Source: Lama glama (taxonomy: Eukaryota). Taken from it: a DNA stretch of 64,000 bases. The stretch's first letter is position 1. Every line of letters starts with the position of its first letter. Shown here one piece after another: positions 48,201-61,394 of this stretch. The translations under genes and the position numbers were made by a program. The stretch is from contig CM052818.1 in assembly GCA_028534125.1 (NCBI GenBank), positions 10,418,001 to 10,482,000 on the forward strand. The letters are read 5' to 3'. The notes beneath the pieces are model-generated. The model worked only from the letters and a program-made list of their open reading frames with translations. It was not told the DNA's origin and did not search any database.

Positions 48201-51159
48201 TTAAGTGAGACAGGCAGTGGCAAGATGGTTCTATCACTTTATTTTCCATATCCCACAGCATAGCTCCGATTTAAGTCCTGATCTTTGATCCTCAGCCATT
48301 TCTGGATGCGCTGGTATGTGGCAGAGGGGCAGGGAGGGTGAGGCTGTGAGCCTGGGTATGTTCACTTAATGCAGACGTTGGTGGAGAAGAGCCTCTATAT
48401 TCAGTACATAGGTCCCTATCTTGTCGGTCCTGGAAACTTTTCCATTTCTACCAGACTCCCCAGTTTCTAAAGGAATGAAAAAAGTGAATGAAAGCCAGAG
48501 ATGTTGGTTGAGAGTGCATCAATCCCAATTTTGAAGAACAAATAGATGTTTATGGGCAGGGGAGAAATCAGTTTCCGTTTCATCCGAGTTCCCGCCTGCC
48601 TGGGCCTCCCTGCTTCATTCCTTGAGAGGTTTGTCCAGGGCTTGTTGCCCTGAGAAGACCTGCGTGCCACGCTGCAGAAACCATCACTTCGACCTTGAGA
48701 GGGAAGGCCCTATTCTTTTGCCTCCATTTCCCCCTACAACTTCTTGCACAGTGCTTGGCACCCTGAACACTCTGAGGATAAGTCGTGGAATTGGGTCACT
48801 ATTTTCTGCTTGACAGATGGCGCCAGGGCGCCATCTTATCCAGCAGAGTGAATTAATTGCTCACAGGTGAATTAGAAAATAATAACAATTTTGGTCCCTT
48901 TGGATGAGCACCACTTAGCCACTCTATTTAAACACAGTCTCTTGTCTCCTCTCCGGGTCTCCATGCAGTGTCCCTGCGTCCATCCTCAGAGGCCCCTGTG
49001 GCTCACCGTCTCAGACGCTGACTCCTGGGGCACTGAGTGGGTGCATTTGAGCTCCCCTCATAGGTCAGCTCACAAGTTGATAGAGAATAAATGTGTTTTC
49101 TTGATGAGGAGGAGAACAGTGGTGAGACATGGCCCCTGTGCTTGAAGAAATGGGATTGTAAAAACTACCTGAAGTGGCTGAACTTTTAGCTGTGCTAATT
49201 ATCTGTAACTACCCCTGGGAGCCGAGCTCCCCATAGCGAGCGTGCTGGGGCCTCACAAGTTTAGCTATTCTGCAAGTGGCACCAATGTTAGAGTCTAAAC
49301 AGACAGTGTGACCTTCAGAGATTAATCAGTTAAAGCGTCCCTTATGAAGCTGTTTTAGATTATTCTTGACAGTAGCTGTTTTTGACAGGAGAAGGTCAGA
49401 ATCAAAGTCCTTTTTCAACCATTGTAGGACACACGTCTGCATCAAATGTAGCAAACATGCAGAAATCATTGAGGAAAGGTGCGGGCGTTGTTTTTAACTC
49501 CCCATTTTCATGCTTTCCTTTAAAGCAGAAATGTTTGGAACATGACAAATGGGAAGAAATGTTTTCCACCTGTATGACCAAGCCTATCTGTGGAGACACA
49601 TAATACTCTGTGCAGAGTCTCTAACATATTTGAACATTTGCCCCTTTGATGTTGAACCACGGGTCTTAAGTGTACTCCCCACAGTCCACTTTTACTCCGT
49701 GAGTCAAATTGAAGTTCTTGAAATGGGGCCGATGGCTTTGCTGGAGTGTGAACGTGCTCTCGTTCTGTAAGAAAGAGTAGCCCAATCAGGGCATTGTGTT
49801 TTGGTTTCTTTTATGAAATAAGTCACTTTCTGAAAGTTGCTGTTTGCTTTTGAAAGCTGGAGGAGTCAATTTGGGGTCTAGGAGGCTGGAGAGGAAGCCC
49901 CCAGCTGCTGACAATTGCTTCTTCCTCTGTGTCAGTTTGAAGCTATTGTCCAGACAAGAGAAGGTAGGGTCAGTCTGGCCCTATGCAGGGAATTCCCTTT
50001 TCAAACACACGTCATGTCATGTTCTTTAATTCAGTTGGATGCACCTAAGTGTGTAATGGGTTTAAAAACATAAATATAACTCAGTCTCTCTATCAGAGAT
50101 CATTTAAGAATGGATTTATTTTTAAGGAAATAATACATTAGCAGCATTTTCCCTCTGACATATGCATTCTTCTTTCTTAAAGTATAAGGTTGCTTCTGTT
50201 TGTGAGAACGAAAGAGGACTGCCACCACATGCTTTCCTTTTGGAAACCAACTAAAAACAATCCCACCATCTTGGAAACATTGCAAGGAAACAGTGGTGAC
50301 ATTTCTTGCTTTTGAGAAAACACGAACATGGTTTTGACTTTGATGTTAAGGGCCAGGCCTGAAGTGAAATAAACTTCTAATTCTTTACCTGATTGTGGAT
50401 GCAATCAGGAAGGCTAGAGACCCAAAGAGAGGAGCAGATTCCTTCCCAGCATGTCTTTTCCCACCCTAGTGGAGACGCTGGAAAGGAAAGAATCATCTTT
50501 TAAGCCCCTAGAGTCTTGAATCTTTCGTAGGAGTAAAATCGGTTAATCTTTCAGTCATGAATATATTGGAGTACTTATACACTCGGGTCTGTGCGGAGTG
50601 CTGGTGCTGGTGGCTTATAAAATACTGTTTCCTCTAAACAAGGCCCATGTCTAGTTTAAGAAGCTTGAAAGAAGTGAACAAGACTTGCAAAGTACAGTTA
50701 TCGCTCCACTTCCTTTCACGTTGCGAATTCTTACATTTGGAGAAACTGATCATGAAGTCCATTTAAGGTAGGTGGTTAAGGACTTCATTTATATTTCCTT
50801 CTGATATTTACTGAGTGACTACCAAGTGCCAGGTATTGAGGACGATGGCCACAAGTATAAAATAGTACCTTGCATCCAAAGACGTGTTGTCTCATTAGAA
50901 AACCATGCATGAATAAGTTACACAGCAGTGGATGGCAACGTAGGAGTCACGCCCCACAGGTGTTCTAAGGATACACAGGAGGGAGCGGCCTAACTCTGAG
51001 GTCGAGAAGATAGTCATTTTTAGCTGTTGACTGTCAGATTAGGTCCTTAAAGTAGTTCTGAAAGTCTTCTTTATAGTCTTCCAGTTGACTAAAGGTTAGG
51101 AAGTAGTGTTAATGAGCCTGTAATGAGAAATTGTAATAAAAATCCCAGCAACAATACCA

Positions 51160-51370
51160 GGTGCCATTTATTAAACTCTTATTCTATGCTAGACATTGTG
51201 TGCTGAGTAATTTCCATATACCATCCAACTGAATCCTCGTTGCGACCTTTTATTATTCCATTTTACAGATGAGAACATTAAGATTGAGAATGAGTTGACC
51301 TGCCTAAATGGTAAGTGGCAGAGGTGAGATTCACACCAGATCTGTGATTCCCAGAGCCACGACCTGAATG
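51160..51370 (-). mobile_element. MIR SINE
   Basis: catttattaaactcttattctatgctagacattgtg...tattattccattttacagatgagaac...gtaagtggcagaggtgagattcacaccagatctgtgattcccagagcc. Confidence 0.9.
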
Positions 51371-52259
51371 ATCAGGGTCTTGCGTAGCCCGGGTGGTTGT
51401 AGCTGGGAGGGGATCTGGCCTCCACAGCCCTGCGGCTATTTAGCAGCGTGTGTCAGAGTTAATGTGGTGTGAGAGCATAGAGATACTGAAACAAATCCAT
51501 CTTCCACCCTGGGACAAGACCATCACCTTAGCTCTTCTGAGTGGTGGGTTTAAGAAAAAGCTGAAGGATAAGTAAATGACTACAGTATGTGGCAGACTGA
51601 ACTTGATTTAGAGAGAAATGGGGCCACCAAAGGGTACAAAAATGAGAACCTAAGGCCAGAATGTTTGTCAGTGGACCTGCAGCTTGTTTGGGGAAACAAA
51701 GAAGTTGGGAACTTCTTTACACAAAGTTACTAAGAGGCCATGGGGATCTGGGGCTCAGCAGTCACCACGGTTTCTACCAACTTTCTGGGAAAATAAGTGC
51801 TAACCAGTGAGCTGCCAGCCAATTGTTTAATTTCCCCTTAGGCTAACTGGACTCTGATCACAAACACCCCAAACTTCTGACAGGGATGCCTGTGAGCTCA
51901 GTGTTGGGGTGAGCCACACCCGGCAATGACCATGTCTATCTTGATGGTGTGGGTGAGGAAGATCAGGAGCAAGTGACACCTCCTCATTGACTTGAAGCAG
52001 CTATTACCTTCAATTGCTACCACTACTGTTTCTCAGGGTGTGTGGGACTGTCAGAGCCCCTCAAAGAAAGTTGCTGGCACCTTCAGCTCCTGGAAAAACC
52101 AGGTCATGGTTGGGTGGGCTCTTGAAACCAACTTCTTGACAAAATGTGTTTCCCAGTGTTCAACAAGCACTCCAAACATCCAGTGTGGTAATAAATATCA
52201 ATTTAATCCAAAGACTAAAAAGATCTGATCAAAGGCTTAATGGATGCGTACAACTGGGT

Positions 52260-52430
52260 GGATGACTTCAAGTAATAGACCAAGCGTGAGCTGTGTGACT
52301 TTGAGTGAATTAATTAACCTCTCTGAGACTCAGTTTTCTCTTTTCAGAAATGAAGATAATAATATTACCTGCCTGACAGCACTGCTGAGGGCATTAAATA
52401 AGACAATTCATGTAAAGAACTTAGCACTAT
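52260..52430 (+). mobile_element. MIR SINE
   Basis: agctgtgtgactttgagtgaattaattaacctctctgagactcagttttctc...aatgaagataataat...catgtaaagaacttagcac. Confidence 0.85.
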
Positions 52431-53984
52431 CAGCTTTGGGAAGTTCCTTTGAAAACAAGGCTCCTTTTGGTTTTCCAATAAGAAAATCCACAGAGTCCAG
52501 AAGTTGTAATTCCATGGTCAGTTCTTGGTTTTATTCCTGAATTTGTTTTTGGGAGCAGGGACATGGTTCACATAAAGACATCACATGGTATTATGGAAAA
52601 CTGTCCAATTTTTTTTCAAGAAGTTTTTAATATTTTTTGTTAAGCATGATGCTCACTGATGTGGGTCCTTGGCTTCTGTCTCCTGATTGAGACTCCTATG
52701 AGTGTCCTCTTGTGGGTCAGCTCAGCCCCACAGCTTGTTTGTTTACCTCCGTAAGTGGGCAGGTACCACAAGAGTCTGCATCTGCAGGGCTACTGGATAC
52801 CTGCCCATCTACATATCTCTAAAGCCCATAGACACTCCAGCTGCCGGGTGCCCTGGGCATTCATCGTGAGTTATAGGTGTGAGCAGTTCCCAGAAAATCA
52901 AGATGCTGGGTCAGGTTAAGACTCCCCTGCCTTCCTCTTGGTTTCCTTATAGGCTCTAGTAAGAAAACAGGCAGTTAATATGCGGAGTTCCTGTGCTTAA
53001 AACACTGAGAGTATATATATATTTTTTTCTCTACACTTCAAAAATACATACAAATGTAACAGTCTTCTTTTCTCATAATGAACAAAATGTCCAAAGTAGT
53101 GCTTAAAATACATTTTGAACAAACAGAAGCTGCATCTGGAAACGTGGATAGTGGAAAGTACAACTGTTTGTAGGGGTTTAATTTTTTCTTCCTTTTCCTA
53201 AGCAAATGCTCTGAAAAGTTCATTTTATATCAGAACAGCTTTTTCTCGAACCTGTTTTAAAGTTAATTATCAAAAGCTTGCATCTTCTATCTCTTGCCTA
53301 TGGATCCCTGCTGGGTTTGTTGTTTCGCTTTCCTTGGGAAAGAGTCACTCTATAGAAGATCATCTACACGATGTCACAGTCCAGGGACTCTAACCGTCCT
53401 AGCTAATCAGCTTAGAACCATCAGTACCTCCTTAATGTGGGATTTGGGACCTTCTGGATGCAGGGCGAGGAGCTGAACTAGTCTGCAAGCACATCACTTT
53501 ATTTCTTTTGCTTTAAGCAAGAATAATTTGCCTTTTTCCTCTCATCTTTCTCCCTTGTTGTTTTGCCCCTGAAAACTGTGCAGCAAAAGCAACCTCCAGG
53601 GTGGACACTAAATCTTCTGATGCAGGCAGAGCAGTGATAACATCTGAACTGAGGGTGCTTTTCCGGGGCATGCTTGACAGATGTAGCAGGGCCTTTTAGG
53701 ATTTAGTGCTGGAGCGTATCTATTACCCGCGCCGCAGCACAGCGTGGCAGGAGCTGTGTGGCGATCTCCCGTGAATTCTGTCTGACTTATCAGAGCGGCT
53801 GAGTAGGTTGCTGGGGGACGCAGAGGCTCTGCACCAGTTGGGAAAAGGCAGACCTTCGGCTGGAAGCTCTTTGAACTCTCTTCTCTGGGCGCGTTTCCCA
53901 GGTGGGCTTCTCCCTGCCCTGGAACAGCTCATCCCCTGGCCCCGTTTGCTTTTGGAGATACAATGTCAAATTTGCTTTCACCCC

Positions 53985-54600
53985 ACTGGATTCTGAGTGT
54001 ACAGTTTCAAGTGACCAAATTTAATTTCCAATATGGCTAATAGGGCCAAAGTGATTGCTTTAATGGAGTGGCAGCCTGCCTGGGTCTTTGACAGGGGAAA
54101 GTAAATATGATACATGCTAAGATTTCTTCCTTCCTTCCTTCCCTCCCGTCTTCCTGCCATCCTGACTTCCTTCTCGTCTTCTCTTTCTCTCCTCCCTTCT
54201 CCCTGGCTGTCACGAGGCCCAGCTTCTCCACAGGCACAGCCGGACAGACTCCGTTCCCAGCTCCTGCCCCACGAGCCTCATTTGGTTCTGCCAGAATGTG
54301 CTATTGGACGACTCCTTCCTCCTCTGCTCTAACAATTACCTTGGCATTTTATAAAAATACCAAGATTGATCACAAACACCAAATTGTTTAGATCACAGAT
54401 TAAAGTTTAATTTTGGAGTTTTGCTGTAGGGTTAGAATCAGCTTCAGAGTCTGTGTCGCACAGGAGGTGCTGTAATTTGTTTTAAGGATAAGGCCTTCGG
54501 GCAGCTGTGCATAAAATGAGCATGATTCCTTATTCCCACGGTTGATTTTTGAATGGGAGTGCAATTAGAATTTTTTCACCCAGAAGCACATACAGTCAGA
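53985..54600. promoter_or_regulatory. Putative conserved non-coding/enhancer-like block
   Basis: tttaatttcc, gtgattgctttaatgg, tttgacagg, taacaattacc, agattgatcac, gattaaagtttaatt in repeat-free context; conservation not verified. Confidence 0.35.
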
Positions 54601-56269
54601 GCAAAGATAATACCTTGAATGCATATCAGCCTAGGAGACCTCTCTTGGAATTTTATTTATTGTTCACCAAAGTCCTAATATAAAGAGATCCATGCTTTCC
54701 CTAACACCAATAAACTCACCCTTTAATTTGAAGTCTGGTGTGTTCGTAGAGACTCTTGCAGTGTCCTTGTTATTATCAAGTGAGACTTCCACGGTGAATA
54801 TTAATGTCACTCATAGATACGTGCAACTGGTTACTTTTCTTTGCAGAAAAGAGCCTATTAGAAGCCAAACTCTGGGAAAGCAGTGGCCTCTCCATATCCA
54901 CAGTGGCTGCAGAGATTTTCCTGCCATGCTGGGGAACCTCCACTCCCTGCACTGAGCAGCCTCCTCCCTTGTAGAGCTGTATGCAGATGATGTTTTTCTG
55001 ATTAATGATGCTGATCACATTTGTCTCCACTGGAGGAATGTTGGAATCAATGTCCACAGAATACTCATTTAACCTAGGGAGCAGAGGTGATCTTCTCTTG
55101 GTCATTTGGAGGCAGTGGTCACTGAAGATGGGAATCCGACTTCACTGACTGGTCATTGTGGGTGCCTGTGTGTGTGGGCGGCTCCACTGGGCTCTGCATT
55201 AGAGGTGGGGGCTTGCACATATCCTACTGAAGAAAATTCCAGCACAAGCAACTGTTTATCTGTCCTCACCCCCATCTATGTAACATGTATCTTTTAAGGT
55301 GTATAGTCTATGCCCTTTGAGGAGGGTTCTTTCTGGAAATCTAAGGTGTTGGAATGTCTACATTGATTTAGGGTTTCCAAATTGAAAGGCCATATACATT
55401 TTTGGTGGGGAAGAAACTCATTTCAGTGAGGTATATGGTTTGAGTAAATATGCAACATCTCTGCCCCATTCTTTTGTGGTATTAAAATGTACCATGTAGA
55501 CTATTTGGTGCCACCTTCTAAAGGAAGTTTGAGACCATCAACTGAACAGTCACCTTCCTTCTCTCCGGACCCGCCTCACTCCTGTACCCTCAGCACACTT
55601 ATCAAGCTGAGCTTCATTTGCCATCAGGCAATATTATTGAACACAAATTTTGTTTATGAAATCACAGTACATCTGGGGGTGATATTTATACTGGTCGGGA
55701 CAAAAGTTACTTTATTAGTAACTAGGTCTAGAGAATACAAATCCACACCAAGTCTCCTTTATTGAACACAAATACACTCAAAGTAAATGGCCACTGAAGG
55801 CATTTTTGGCCCTGTTGTATGTGATAGAACGATTTGGATAATTCGTGAAGCAGGCAGCCTATGTATTGAAAGCTGGTTGTTGAGCAGCTGACTTGGTCCA
55901 CATGTTCCAGTTGGCAGTGCAGTGAAACCAACAGGAAGCGTTGAGGTAGCTCTTGAGCCAGAGAGCATGTGACCTGGGTGACTCTCACACAGGCTGTTAA
56001 AGAGATGAACACCCTTTTTTGTGACTGGATCCCTGTTCTCCCATAGATGCTGAAACTGATGGGAAGGTGGGATTCTGTCAGTTGAAGACCCTCATGTCAT
56101 TCATTACTACCCTTTTCTTGGAAATAAAAACCCTGTGGCACTTGGTTCAGTCTTAAAAAGCTACTCCCTCAAGGTCTGACTCCTTCATACAGCATTCCTA
56201 ATAATCCTCTCATTTTACTTGTACCCTTTCTGACTTCTCCTAGAAGTTAGAAAATATCAAGCTTTGTAG

Positions 56270-56860
56270 CATCTGATTATTTTAAAAAAATTAGAATTTT
56301 CTCTATGCATATATACCTCGTGCAAATTTTTTTCCTTTTTGCAAATTTAAAGTCACATTTCTTTGAGAACTGTTTTTTTTTTATAAGAATATACTTTGGA
56401 TGTCTTTCTGCATCAATAAATATCCTTCTTCTGCAGTGTCAATCTTATTGGCTCGTAGTGTTCTAGTGTTTGGCTACAACAAACATCACTTAACCAGCCT
56501 CCCTAGTGTTGGATATTTGGTAAATTTAATTTCTGTCTTTGGTCCAAGGTTATTATATCACAACTCACTGTCTCTAAATGTTTTTATACTTCCTTAATTA
56601 TTTTCATAGAATAAGTTTCTAGAAGCTGAGTCAAGGAGTATTCAAAAATTTTAACGCTTTTGAACAATTTCATCAAATTGTCCAATAGGATGATTCTAAC
56701 CAATTTATACTCCCACCATTTGTTATATATGGTAATCTTTTATCTTGTCACCTTCCACATAATCATTTTTAAAAATTAGTAATAAGTTTATATGTGAAAA
56801 TTGTTTCTGTTGTTTTAGCTTGTGTCTTCTTGAATTCTTTTAGTTTTTTCTTAGAAACTA
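56270..56860 (-). mobile_element. L1ME-type fragment
   Basis: ttggatgtctttctgcatcaataaata...cttaaccagcctccctagtgttggatatttgg...gaataagtttctagaagctgagtcaagg...accaatttatactcccacca. Confidence 0.75.
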
Positions 56861-57159
56861 TATTTGGTGTCATTCTCTGGTTGTTCTATTTTGCATGGTG
56901 ATGTTCTTCAATTCCTAGGCTTGGGAACTCTGTTTTCCATTTCTTAAAATAGGAAGCAGAGCACAGAGATGTAGTATGTACTTTGTGAATTCTTACTCAG
57001 TTGAATTAATTTGAAATGGAAGAAAAGATTGAAGCCCTATGTCTCTTTCATAGTTATGATAGTTCAGAAACTGGGGAGACATTTGGGAGAAGGATTAAAG
57101 GTGAATGAATTCCCATTAGAAATTAGAAAAATCTAAGAAATAAAACAAAACCAAGTTTG

Positions 57160-57790
57160 AGTGAATGTGGGTCAGTTAAGTCTCTTACATTTTGCTAGTG
57201 GTATAACTGCTCTAGAAGATAATTTGGCACTCTCTCCTAAGGTGAACACTTGCTCACGCTATGATCTAGCAAACCCACCTCTAGAAAAACCCTTGCACAC
57301 GGTCATGAAACTTCGTAGCTGTCCTTCTCAGTCTATCAAAAATATGGGAATTACTTGAATGCCCATCATCAATAAAATGGCTAAATGCACTCCATTATAG
57401 AATGGAGTACAATATATATTACAACATAGATAAATCTCACAGAATAGCACCGAATAAAAACAGTAAGTTTCAGAAAACCACACATGGTATGATACCATTT
57501 TTTCAGTTCTCAAGCTCAAGCACAACAAACTTTAGCTCACACACCTCTGTGGTAAAACCATCCTTTCAAAAAGCGGTAAAAATGAGGCCTGTGATTATGT
57601 CTGGAGGAGGACAGGAAGGTAGAGAAAGGAGAGGAGTGATATATGCGAGTGGGTTAATCATAATGTTCTGATTTTTGAATTGGATGGGAATTCACAAGGG
57701 TTCCTTACGTTGTGTTTTATAAGTTAATATGTGTTTTTTGTAAATTTGATTGTTTCAGATAGTATATTTAAAAGATAATAAAGGAAAGAA
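57160..57790 (+). mobile_element. L1ME-type ORF2 end and 3' UTR
   Basis: ctctagaagataatttggcac...ctatgatctagcaaacccacctctag...aatgcccatcatc...caacatagataaatctcacaga...atggtatgataccattttt. Confidence 0.75.
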
Positions 57791-58407
57791 ATAATAAAAA
57801 TGAAAGGGAATGCTAGTAGCAAGAGGGCAGTTTCTTCAGTCTTCTAGAAGAAAAACCTTGTCTTTTTGCTTTGCTACAGTTTCTTAGGGGTTATGGTTGT
57901 TTATTTTCTAAATTGCCACCCTTAAAACTCTTTTTAAGTCATTGGTGAAAGTGCTTATTAATAGACAATTGTCTAAAGTAGTTGCTTAGTGTTCCCACCT
58001 CCCTTCTGTCCCCCAGTGACTTCTCCTCTGACGAGCGTCGCCTGGTGGATTGGGGTAATGGGCTGGAGTAACTTGGTTGGTCACCGATGCCTTTCTGGCC
58101 AGGCTGACACTGTTCACAGTCACCAGGCAGTCCGAATGGGTGACTTTTGGAAGTCACAGTGACGACGTTATTTTCTCGTTGACAGAAACTTCTATATTTG
58201 ATTCTGTATGTTGCTTTCCTACCCACCTTCAATTCCCATTCTAAATTCAGGGTAAAACTGGGAAGTTCAGATATTTTGCTGCAAGGAGGAGGCAGGCAGC
58301 TTGAGTATAATGGGGAAGGTCATTTCAAAAACCGACACTCCTCAGTGTCTTTAGGAGATTTTCCATCCCTGTTTTTGGAAAATTTTCTGTTTTTGTGTAT
58401 TGGGCTA

Positions 58408-58612
58408 GAACAACTGGAGGTGATTTTGTCCTCCAGGGGACATTTGACAGTGTCTGGAGACATTTCTGGCGGCAGTGCTGGTGGTTCTACAAACACCTTG
58501 TGTCAGGTGGACGCCAGGGATGCTGCTAAACATCCCCAAAGCACAGAGCACCTCCCACAACAAAGAAGAATCTGGCTCAAAATACCAGTAGTGCCGAAGC
58601 TGAGAAACCCTG
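58408..58612 (+). mobile_element. MER20 (hAT-Charlie MITE)
   Basis: gtgattttgtcctccaggggacatttgacagtgtctggagacattt...gccagggatgctgctaaacatcc...cacaacaaagaagaatctggctcaaaataccagtagtgccgaagctgagaaaccctg. Confidence 0.92.
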
Positions 58613-58809
58613 GCTAGGAGTCTGTTTCCTTTTCCACTTGGGGACAGAGGTTTCCACTTTCATCTGAACAATGAAAGTGCTCTCTTTGAAAGTTGATCGA
58701 TTCAACAGAGTGTAGAGACATCAGACGGCGAGAGAATGGATGCACTGCTCTCTAACACCACACCGGCATGGAGTTGTGGTTCGCTTCCTAAGGCTTTTTG
58801 TCATCTACG

Positions 58810-58955
58810 TGCAGTAGTAACTCAGCTAGATTATCTTCCTCCAACTGAGTGTAAGCAACTTGAGGGCAGGACCTGTGTCTCATGCTGTTTTGTATCTTCC
58901 GCAGAATCTCTTATAAAGTAGGCACCCCCCCACATTCTGAAGAATGAATAATGAA
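58810..58955 (+). mobile_element. L2 3' end
   Basis: actgagtgtaagcaacttgagggcaggacctgtgtc...tttgtatcttcc...gaagaatgaat. Confidence 0.7.
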
Positions 58956-59449
58956 CTTTTTTACACTTAAAAAGTAAAGTTGAGAACTAGTTGGGAGGGG
59001 CTCTGAGGGTTGAGAAGGGCTTGGTAAGGGCTGGGGTAAGAGATATTAACTACTTTACCCAAGACCTCAGTTATTGTGGATTTATAGAATGTTGTTGTCC
59101 AAGGGGTCATCTCTCTGAATTCCTTTATTCCTAGAGGAGGAGAGTAAGACTCAGAGAGACTGAGTATTTTACACAAGTATGCACAGCAAATTGCTGGTAG
59201 ATGTGAAAGAGTGACTTCATCCTGGTGCTTCCTGTTCACTTAGCTGCTCAGCAAGTTTTCTTCTTAAGGATCTGAATGAGGCCCTGAAATTCAGGGCTCG
59301 TGATTTTCAGTGACGATGACGTGTGTGCTTCTGAGTGCCTTTGTGTGTGTGCGCACATGCGAGTGAGCATGTACTAAATGTCCACAAGCACTGGGAGTTT
59401 GAGCATAGATGTCCCCTGACCTGTTCCTGACTCTCAGCAGTACCTCTCT

Positions 59450-59640
59450 CCTGGGGGTACTGCTAGTGCAACCTGTACTGCCCTGACCATAGAACCCACC
59501 ACATTTTATTGGGATTGTGAGTTTAACATCTGTCTTCCACACCAGCTTTGGGAGGGCAGGGAGTATACTTGTCTTTTTCAATGCTGAACACATAAAAGAT
59601 GCTCCATAAATGATTTTCCGTGAATACATAAATAAATACT
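59450..59640 (+). mobile_element. L2 3' end
   Basis: tctgtcttccacaccagctttgggagggcagggag...cttgtc...acacataaaagatgctccataaatg...tgaatacataaataaat. Confidence 0.7.
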
Positions 59641-60834
59641 ACATCAGGGATGGCCATTTGGGGCTCAGTTCTGGGGAGGATGTTGTTTGGGTGGGTTATA
59701 TGCTGGTGGTGTAGAGATTAAGAGAAAAGGTGGGGTTGTTGAAGACAAATTTTACCTAGGTGGCAAACTTTGGAAGCTCAGCTCCAGGGAGGGCAGGCCT
59801 GGGAGGGTGTGGCTGGTGGGACAGACACCTACCCTAGCTGTGCCTTCATGAAACCCGAGACCCCCGGTGATGGAGAGCCTGGCTCAAGAAGTAACCACAT
59901 CTCAGTGTGATTTTTTTGTTGTTGTTATGGGGGCCATTGATATGTGTGGGTTTTTTCCTTAGACTGTAATGTCTGAGCAGTCTGCCCACGGCTTGTTATA
60001 TGGAAGATGAGATAGCTCATTATCCTGAAAATTCTTCAATAGCTGCTCATAATAGGGTCAGTTAAGTACAGAGTGTCTGCTATCATTCAGAATTTTCCTA
60101 TTCTCATTGAAGTTAAATCCAACATTATTTTCACACACTGTTTTTCTTCATCTCCCACTCTGGGGGGTGGGGGGTGGTGGAAAACACACAGGGCATTAAA
60201 ATGGATGTCAGTTCAACTTAAGATGAGTGGCTCCTGTCCCTGACTGCCTTGAGGCTTCTGTAACTTCTGATGGACTTGGTTCATTAGGAGACCATTTCAG
60301 ATGGATTCTTTGGGCTCAGTGTTTATGTAGAATGACCCTCTGCTCTCTGGAGGGCACCAAAAGAGAAGCAGGACACAAGGTGGGGGAGGGCAAGCAGCGT
60401 TACTTTCTATTTTCCGTGGAAGCATCTGAAAAAAGAGTAGAGAAGTGTGATAAAGTTCCCATCCTTGGACTAACTTAGTGCTCCCCAGTCCTGAGGCCAC
60501 TGGGACCCATCCTTTCTTGGATGCTTGGTTTCCTCACTGTATCATGAATATGTGCCCCCTCAGGCTTCCTGTCCAGGTTCTTGCTCGTGCTCTTACCTGA
60601 AAGACAAGCTCTCCTTGCACCCTTCACAAATCTACATCTGAGAATCCCTGCTCGAACTTCAGCACCTGTTCAAGTCCCCAGTGGTCCGTGAAGCCTCCAT
60701 GAGAGGCAGGACTGGGGTTGGGGGCAAGCAGGGCAGGCGGCATTGCCTTGGTTTTCTGGGAGCGTATCTGAGAGTGAGGAAAGAGCAGTGCTTCTAGCAT
60801 TCATCCTGAACCTCTTCACTCTATTACAGTGACA

Positions 60835-61070
60835 TTGACAATATTGAGCACATATTGTATACTAGGCAAGATTTTAAGCACTTTTCAAGACTTATCTATT
60901 TCTCAAATCACCCTTTGAGATAGGTACTATACTATCTCCTCTTTAGAGGGGAGAAATCTCAGGCACAGTGAGAGTAAGTAATTTGTTCAAGGTCATTTAG
61001 CTAATAAGGAGGGAACTTAGTTTGAGCTCAAGCATCTGACCTCAGAGATGATGATCTAATGATACCGTGT
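60835..61070 (-). mobile_element. MIR SINE
   Basis: atattgagcacatattgtatactaggc...ccctttgagataggtactat...aggcacagtgagagtaagtaatttgttcaaggtcatttagctaataag. Confidence 0.85.
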
Positions 61071-61074
61071 CAGA

Positions 61075-61300
61075 CTCTGTGGTTTAGTTGAAAGAGAGCT
61101 GGGCCAGGAATCAGAAGGCAGAAACAGTGGTTTTAGTTTTGCCTCATTTTTTAAAAAATTTTTTGGGAGGTTAGATGATTTTTTTTTTTAAGTTATAGTT
61201 AATTTGCAGTTTTGCCTCACTTTAACTGTTGGGCTTTGGGCAAGTGACTTTGCTTCCTTTTGCACCTCAATGTTCTGATTTATAAAATAAGGAGAAGAAA
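61075..61300 (+). mobile_element. MIR SINE interrupted by a short retro-insertion
   Basis: tgtggtttagttgaaagagagctgggccaggaatcagaag...ctttgggcaagtgactt...cacctcaatgttctgatttataaaataagg. Confidence 0.7.
61135..61223 (-). mobile_element. Very short L1-machinery insertion (L1-like end plus extra tail)
   Basis: 16-bp TSD agttttgcctca(t/c)ttt at 61135-61150 and 61208-61223, followed by aa; insert on minus: gcaaattaactataactt-A11-tcatctaacctccc-A-rich. Confidence 0.75.
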
Positions 61301-61394
61301 CTAGCAGACGTAATGTTATATTTACCACAAAGAGACTATTCATGAAAGCTATTGCTAAACTCTAATCATTCTATAAAGTTAAGATTTCACATCA

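Noticed and set aside
55880..56080. Possible ancient SINE-like remnant
   Set aside because: I could not match it convincingly to any consensus I remember; needs a Dfam search.
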